This document shows, in pieces, positions 59,830-64,000 of a stretch of 64,000 nucleotides of DNA. The DNA lies in the NCBI GenBank assembly GCA_046331705.1, contig JAXLQJ010000037.1:1-64000 (forward strand). Reading direction: 5' to 3'. The notes beneath the pieces are model-generated. The model was not told the DNA's origin. It ran no database searches and saw nothing but the letters and a program-made list of their open reading frames with translations. Position 1 is the stretch's first letter, and every line of letters starts with the position of its first letter. The stretch is from a bacterium (GTDB lineage: Bacteria > JADJOY01). The position numbers and the translations under genes are program-made.

Positions 59830-61149
59830 ATGCCCATCGCCAGCCTGCTCGTTCGTGCCAGCCGTTCGCGGCGAGCGCCCTGGCTCATCGCGCTCGCCGC
59901 GCTCTCGATGCGCATGGTGCTCGGCGTGGGGCTGCTCAACCCGCGCGCCGCTCCCATCGGCGACGAGGTCATCTACGCCGAGCTGGCGCAGAACATCCAG
60001 GAAGCCGGCGTCCTCGGGCTCACCCCCGACAATCCCACGGCGCATCGCATGCCGGGCTACCCGTTCTGGATCGCCGGCATCCAGTCGCTCACGGGTTCGA
60101 CGTTGCTGGCGCCGCGCATGGCGCAAGCGGTGGTCGGATCGACCACTCCGGTCGCCATCTTCCTGCTGACCCGGCTGCTCTTCGGCGCGGGCGCGGCGCT
60201 GATCGCCGCCGTGCTCGCGGTCATCGATCCGTTCCTGATCTTCTACGACTGGCATCTGTGGGCGGAGACGACGACCATCGCGCTGGCGACGTGGACCGTC
60301 TACTACGCGGTGCGAAACGTGGATCGGCTCGAGGCGCGCCGGGGCGCCGTGCTGGGCTTGCTGTGCGGAGCGACGGTCTATTTTCGTCCCGACGCGATCA
60401 CCCTCGGCCCGGCGCTGGTGGCGTGGTTCGCGTTCCGCATTCGCCCGTGGAAGCGCTGGCTCGAAGTCGCCGCCAGCGCGGGACTGGTCACGGAGCTCTT
60501 GCTGGTGCCGTGGCAGATCCGCAACTACCGGATGACCGGCCATTTCGTCCCGCTGACCACCGAGGCGGGCTACATCCTGTGGCAGACCAACAACGTCGAG
60601 AGCATGCACAACTCGGGGATCAAGGGGTTCTGGTATCCCTGGCCAGGACATCCCGAGGCCAACGATTACGCGGCTTACCTCGAGGGACCGGATCTGAAGA
60701 GCGATCCGCGCTTCGCCGGGCTCACCAACGAGGTCGACCTCGACCGCCGCTGCAAGGAGCTGGTGCGCGAGTTCTGGTGGGAGCACCGCGCCGAGATGCC
60801 GACGTACGTGCTCCTCAAGTGGGCGCGCTTCTTCGCGCTGAGCCCTTCGTTCTCGTTCTGGAACCCGATCTTCGTCTGGGTCTCGCGGCTCTGGTACGGG
60901 GGCGTGCTGACGGCGTTCGTGATCGGGCTGGGCATCGCCGCGAGACGGAAGCTGCCGATCGGTGTTTACCTGTGGCTGCTCGCCGCATTCTTCGTCAAAG
61001 CGGCGATCGTCCACGTAAACTTCCGCTACCGCTTGCAGGTCGAGGCGATCCTCTTGAGCCTCGCCGGGCTGACGACCTTCACGGTGCTCGAATGGCTTTC
61101 GAGCAGGCGCATCGTCGTCGCGAGCCGGCCCGCGGCGCCACCGAGCTGA
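59830..61149 (+). CDS. GT-C (GT39/ArnT-like) membrane glycosyltransferase
   Basis: GDEVIY..LAQNI, RMPGYP, WAET, RP, PWQIRNY and RYRL. Confidence 0.82.
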   Translation: MPIASLLVRASRSRRAPWLIALAALSMRMVLGVGLLNPRAAPIGDEVIYAELAQNIQEAGVLGLTPDNPTAHRMPGYPFWIAGIQSLTGSTLLAPRMAQAVVGSTTPVAIFLLTRLLFGAGAALIAAVLAVIDPFLIFYDWHLWAETTTIALATWTVYYAVRNVDRLEARRGAVLGLLCGATVYFRPDAITLGPALVAWFAFRIRPWKRWLEVAASAGLVTELLLVPWQIRNYRMTGHFVPLTTEAGYILWQTNNVESMHNSGIKGFWYPWPGHPEANDYAAYLEGPDLKSDPRFAGLTNEVDLDRRCKELVREFWWEHRAEMPTYVLLKWARFFALSPSFSFWNPIFVWVSRLWYGGVLTAFVIGLGIAARRKLPIGVYLWLLAAFFVKAAIVHVNFRYRLQVEAILLSLAGLTTFTVLEWLSSRRIVVASRPAAPPS

Positions 61150-61182
61150 CCAGCGCCGCGCGCAGGCGCCACCGCCGCTGGA

Positions 61183-61845
61183 TCAGCGGCGCGTCAGCCG
61201 GTGCAGACGCGTGCGCATCGCCTCGCCCATCTCGGGCACCGTGAGATCCTCCACGGCATCGCGAAAGCCGCGCTCGCGGAGCCGCACGAAGAATGCGTCC
61301 GTGGCGACGTAGAGTCGATCGGTGACCCACGCTGCACCATCGGACGCGACGTGGCGGTCGAGGAACGCCGCCAGCGCTTCGTGTTGAAGTGGGTCGTAGA
61401 CGACGTCGGCCGCCAGCACCAGGTCGAACCGGCGATCGAGGGTATCGCGGGTGAAGTCGAGCAGGACCGTTCGCCAGCCGACGAGCCCGTTGGCCCGCGC
61501 GCTCGCCGCTGCGAACGCGAGCGACTCGGGCCGCAGGTCCGCGAACGTGACCTCGGCTCCGGCGAGGCCGGCGGCCAGCCCCGAGAGCCCGAGCCCCGCG
61601 CCGAGGTCGAGCACGCGGCGGCCGATCAACCCCGCTGCTCCCACGACGGCCCGCGCCAACGCTTCCGCGCCGGACCAGACGAGCGCCCAATAGGGCGGCT
61701 CGGCGGGTGCCGCCGCGCGCAGCAGCTCGTCGCGATCCACGTAGCGCTCCAGGTCCGCCACCTCCCAGAGCCGCACCGCCCGCGCGCGCTCACCGTCGCT
61801 CAAGCCCACGGTCCGCAAGCGTGCCTCGAATCCCGCGATCTCCAC
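61183..61845 (-). CDS. Class I methyltransferase (Methyltransf_16/METTL21-like)
   Basis: PPYWALVWSG, VLDLGAGLGLSG and FDLVLAADVVY. Confidence 0.85.
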   Translation of the reverse strand: MEIAGFEARLRTVGLSDGERARAVRLWEVADLERYVDRDELLRAAAPAEPPYWALVWSGAEALARAVVGAAGLIGRRVLDLGAGLGLSGLAAGLAGAEVTFADLRPESLAFAAASARANGLVGWRTVLLDFTRDTLDRRFDLVLAADVVYDPLQHEALAAFLDRHVASDGAAWVTDRLYVATDAFFVRLRERGFRDAVEDLTVPEMGEAMRTRLHRLTRR

Positions 61846-61918
61846 GCGTTTACCCTCAGAACGTGCTTGGTTCCCCACGCCAACCCTGCCATAACATCGG
61901 CCACGATCAGGAGGCCCC

Positions 61919-62344
61919 ATGAATCGAGACGATTTCAAGCGTACGCTCAAGACCCTGAACCAGGTCGAGCGCGATCTCAAGCGGCTGGTGAAGAATGCGC
62001 GCAAGCTCGCCGAAGGTCTCGGGCAGGACCTCGGCGGCGTGTTCGACGTCGCCGTGCAACGCCGCCTCGAGGAGGCCGAGCGGCTGCTGGCGCCCCTCGC
62101 GAACATCCTGCGTCTCGGCTCCCCGGGAAGCGGCGCAGCGAGCCCTCGCCCTGCCCCCAAGCGCCGGGCCGGGCGTCCCGCGCCGGCAGCGCGGAAGTCG
62201 CGCGGTGGTCGCGGCCGCAAGCTCAACCTGACCGCCGAGCAGATCCAGGACGCGCTGAAGCGCGCGAGCGGCATCAAGACCAAGGCGGCCGAGCTTCTCG
62301 GCGTGAGCATGCCGACCTTCAACAAGTACTTCCGCGCGACCTGA
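61919..62344 (+). CDS. Small basic protein with C-terminal Fis-type HTH
   Basis: IQDALKRASGIKTKAAELLGVSMPTF; AGGAGG RBS. Confidence 0.75.
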   Translation: MNRDDFKRTLKTLNQVERDLKRLVKNARKLAEGLGQDLGGVFDVAVQRRLEEAERLLAPLANILRLGSPGSGAASPRPAPKRRAGRPAPAARKSRGGRGRKLNLTAEQIQDALKRASGIKTKAAELLGVSMPTFNKYFRAT

Positions 62345-62418
62345 CGCCCGGATCCGCGCGCCGGGGGCGCTCTCGGTCGCGACTGCGCGCGGGCGTGATG
62401 GCCTTCTCGTGCTCACGC

Positions 62419-62991
62419 TCACGCGCGTCCCCGGCTTTGCCCGCGGCCGATCCCACCGGCGATCAGGTGCGCGACGCGCAAGGGCTCGGGCAGCTTGCCG
62501 TGGATGGCGAGCCTCGCGATGACCGCCTCGGCCACCGCGAGCGAGAGACCGACGCGCTGAACCACCAGCCCCTGGGCGGGCTCCATGACGCCGGCGCTCA
62601 CGATCGCTGCCCATTTCCGATCCCCGCCGCGCACGCCCCCGCGCAGCGCGGTCTCGATCGAGCGCAGATCGGGCATCCGCCGCGCCACCACCAGCACGGG
62701 CACGCCGAGGGCGCGACTCAGCCGATGGATGTCGATCACGTTGAACCCCGCCACGGCGATTCCCTGCAGCATCACCAGCTGCACCTGCGCGGCGAATCGC
62801 GAGCGACGGACCATCGCGGCGATCGCCCGCGTGGCGTCGTCACCGTCGCGCGCCACGGTGCTCGAGAGCACGCCGTCGAGCCGGGTCCCGGCGTACACGG
62901 TGCCCACCACGCGGACCCGCGCACGCGCCTGGCGGTCGAATGGCGCGTCGTCGATACCCACCACGTGCGAGGGGAGCGGACGCCCGCTCAC
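62419..62991 (-). CDS. DUF99 family (endonuclease dU / EndoV-like)
   Basis: VVGIDDAPF, DGDDAT, GIAVAGFNVIDI and LPEPLRVAHLIA. Confidence 0.88.
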   Translation of the reverse strand: MSGRPLPSHVVGIDDAPFDRQARARVRVVGTVYAGTRLDGVLSSTVARDGDDATRAIAAMVRRSRFAAQVQLVMLQGIAVAGFNVIDIHRLSRALGVPVLVVARRMPDLRSIETALRGGVRGGDRKWAAIVSAGVMEPAQGLVVQRVGLSLAVAEAVIARLAIHGKLPEPLRVAHLIAGGIGRGQSRGRA

Positions 62992-63099
62992 GTGCGTCCC
63001 GGGGCGACTTGACTTGGGGGCGGTTCCAGACGACACAGTTAGGGCTCCCAGCCCGCGACGGCGCCGCTCACTCGCGCCGTGGCCCCGCCCCGCTCAACG

Positions 63100-64000
63100 A
63101 TGCCCCGCGATCCCGAGATAGGTGACCCGCCGGCGTGGTGGACGGCGGACGGCGACGACGAGGGCTACCGCGCCGCCGCGTTCGACGCCGGCGAGACCGC
63201 TCGGCGGGCTCCAGGCGATCCGCACGGCGAGCCCTACGGTGTCCCGGACGAGCTTTCCGCGGCGGCGGACCCGCCCCCCGAGCTCGTCGCCGAGCTGCCG
63301 AACGTGCTCGCCGAGGTGCACCCGCCAGCAAGCCCCACCCTGGTGGGCTTGCCTGCGCCTCAGCGAGTGATTTCGGCGCTTCCCGCCGATCAGCTCGAGC
63401 ACTACATCATCGCGGGCATCCACCAGGACCGCAGCCCCGGCAATATTCTGGTGATTCTTCATCCGGCCAAGCGAAGTCGGCTTCCTGACGGGCTTTTCGA
63501 GGGTCTGGCGGAGCTGGGTTTCGCGGTGCACGTGGTCGAGACCCATGCCGACCACCTGTCGAGCATCCGGCGGGTTCGCGACAAGCTGCTCGAGCTCTCG
63601 GCGCAGCGCGCGCCGCTCGACGTGATCGTGGTCGGCGGCGATGGGACCCTGGATCATCATTTCCTGCTCGCGGCGTTCGCGGCGTTCTATCCCGACCGCG
63701 TTCGCGAGCGAAGTGGGATCATCCAGGCCACGGGCATCACGCCGCAGGACCTGGCGCGGGTTCCGGAGGAGCTGCGGCGCGGGCTCGCGCTCGACGAGCC
63801 CATCCCCGCCGTCGCTCCCACCGACCCCAACGTCAAGATCTGCTGGGTGCTGCGCAACCAGGTCGAGCCGCTGCTTCGTCGCGGTGCGACCGCCAAACGC
63901 ATCGTGCGCAAGACGCGCCGCAAGGCCAACGATCCGCTGCTGCGCCTCGCCGTGTTGGCGACTCTCTTTCCCACCAAGGTCACGCTGCAGCCGCCGTTCC
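63100..64000 (+). CDS. Diacylglycerol kinase-like protein, truncated by window end
   Basis: Manual translation of an open frame from ATG 63100: ILVILHPAK...HVVET...LDVIVVGGDGTL. Confidence 0.6.
   Translation, partial: MPRDPEIGDPPAWWTADGDDEGYRAAAFDAGETARRAPGDPHGEPYGVPDELSAAADPPPELVAELPNVLAEVHPPASPTLVGLPAPQRVISALPADQLEHYIIAGIHQDRSPGNILVILHPAKRSRLPDGLFEGLAELGFAVHVVETHADHLSSIRRVRDKLLELSAQRAPLDVIVVGGDGTLDHHFLLAAFAAFYPDRVRERSGIIQATGITPQDLARVPEELRRGLALDEPIPAVAPTDPNVKICWVLRNQVEPLLRRGATAKRIVRKTRRKANDPLLRLAVLATLFPTKVTLQPPF

Overview
This 64 kb window comes from a very GC-rich bacterial chromosome. The gene content (dapL, MshEN and ExeA proteins, a myxosortase-like CPBP protease, a Pla-1-like lipoprotein, an lpxL-type acyltransferase) suggests a diderm, probably Myxococcota/deltaproteobacteria-like; this is inference. 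About 57 densely packed CDSs cover methionine salvage (eukaryote-like mtnB, mtnD), a RapA-like helicase, ilvE with an IclR regulator, dapL, a eukaryote-type UGPase, rpmB, purMN, fabF, transaldolase, moaC, apaG, map, rpoZ, degQ and a frameshifted dnaJ. There are many envelope-modification genes: a GH99-like hydrolase, two GT39 proteins, a GT2, a YfhO protein, two stand-alone condensation-type acyltransferases coupled to an LpxL-type enzyme, and two B12 radical SAM enzymes. The key non-coding signal is a 28-bp XerCD dif site at 50553-50580. It has an extra inverted copy of the XerC-like arm, and KOPS-like GGGNAGGG octamers switch strand around it, so the window probably spans the replication terminus. 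About 130 bp upstream of dif lies a deletion-riddled IS1202/ISNCY-type element bounded by a 17-20 bp target duplication. No rRNA, tRNA or CRISPR array was seen.
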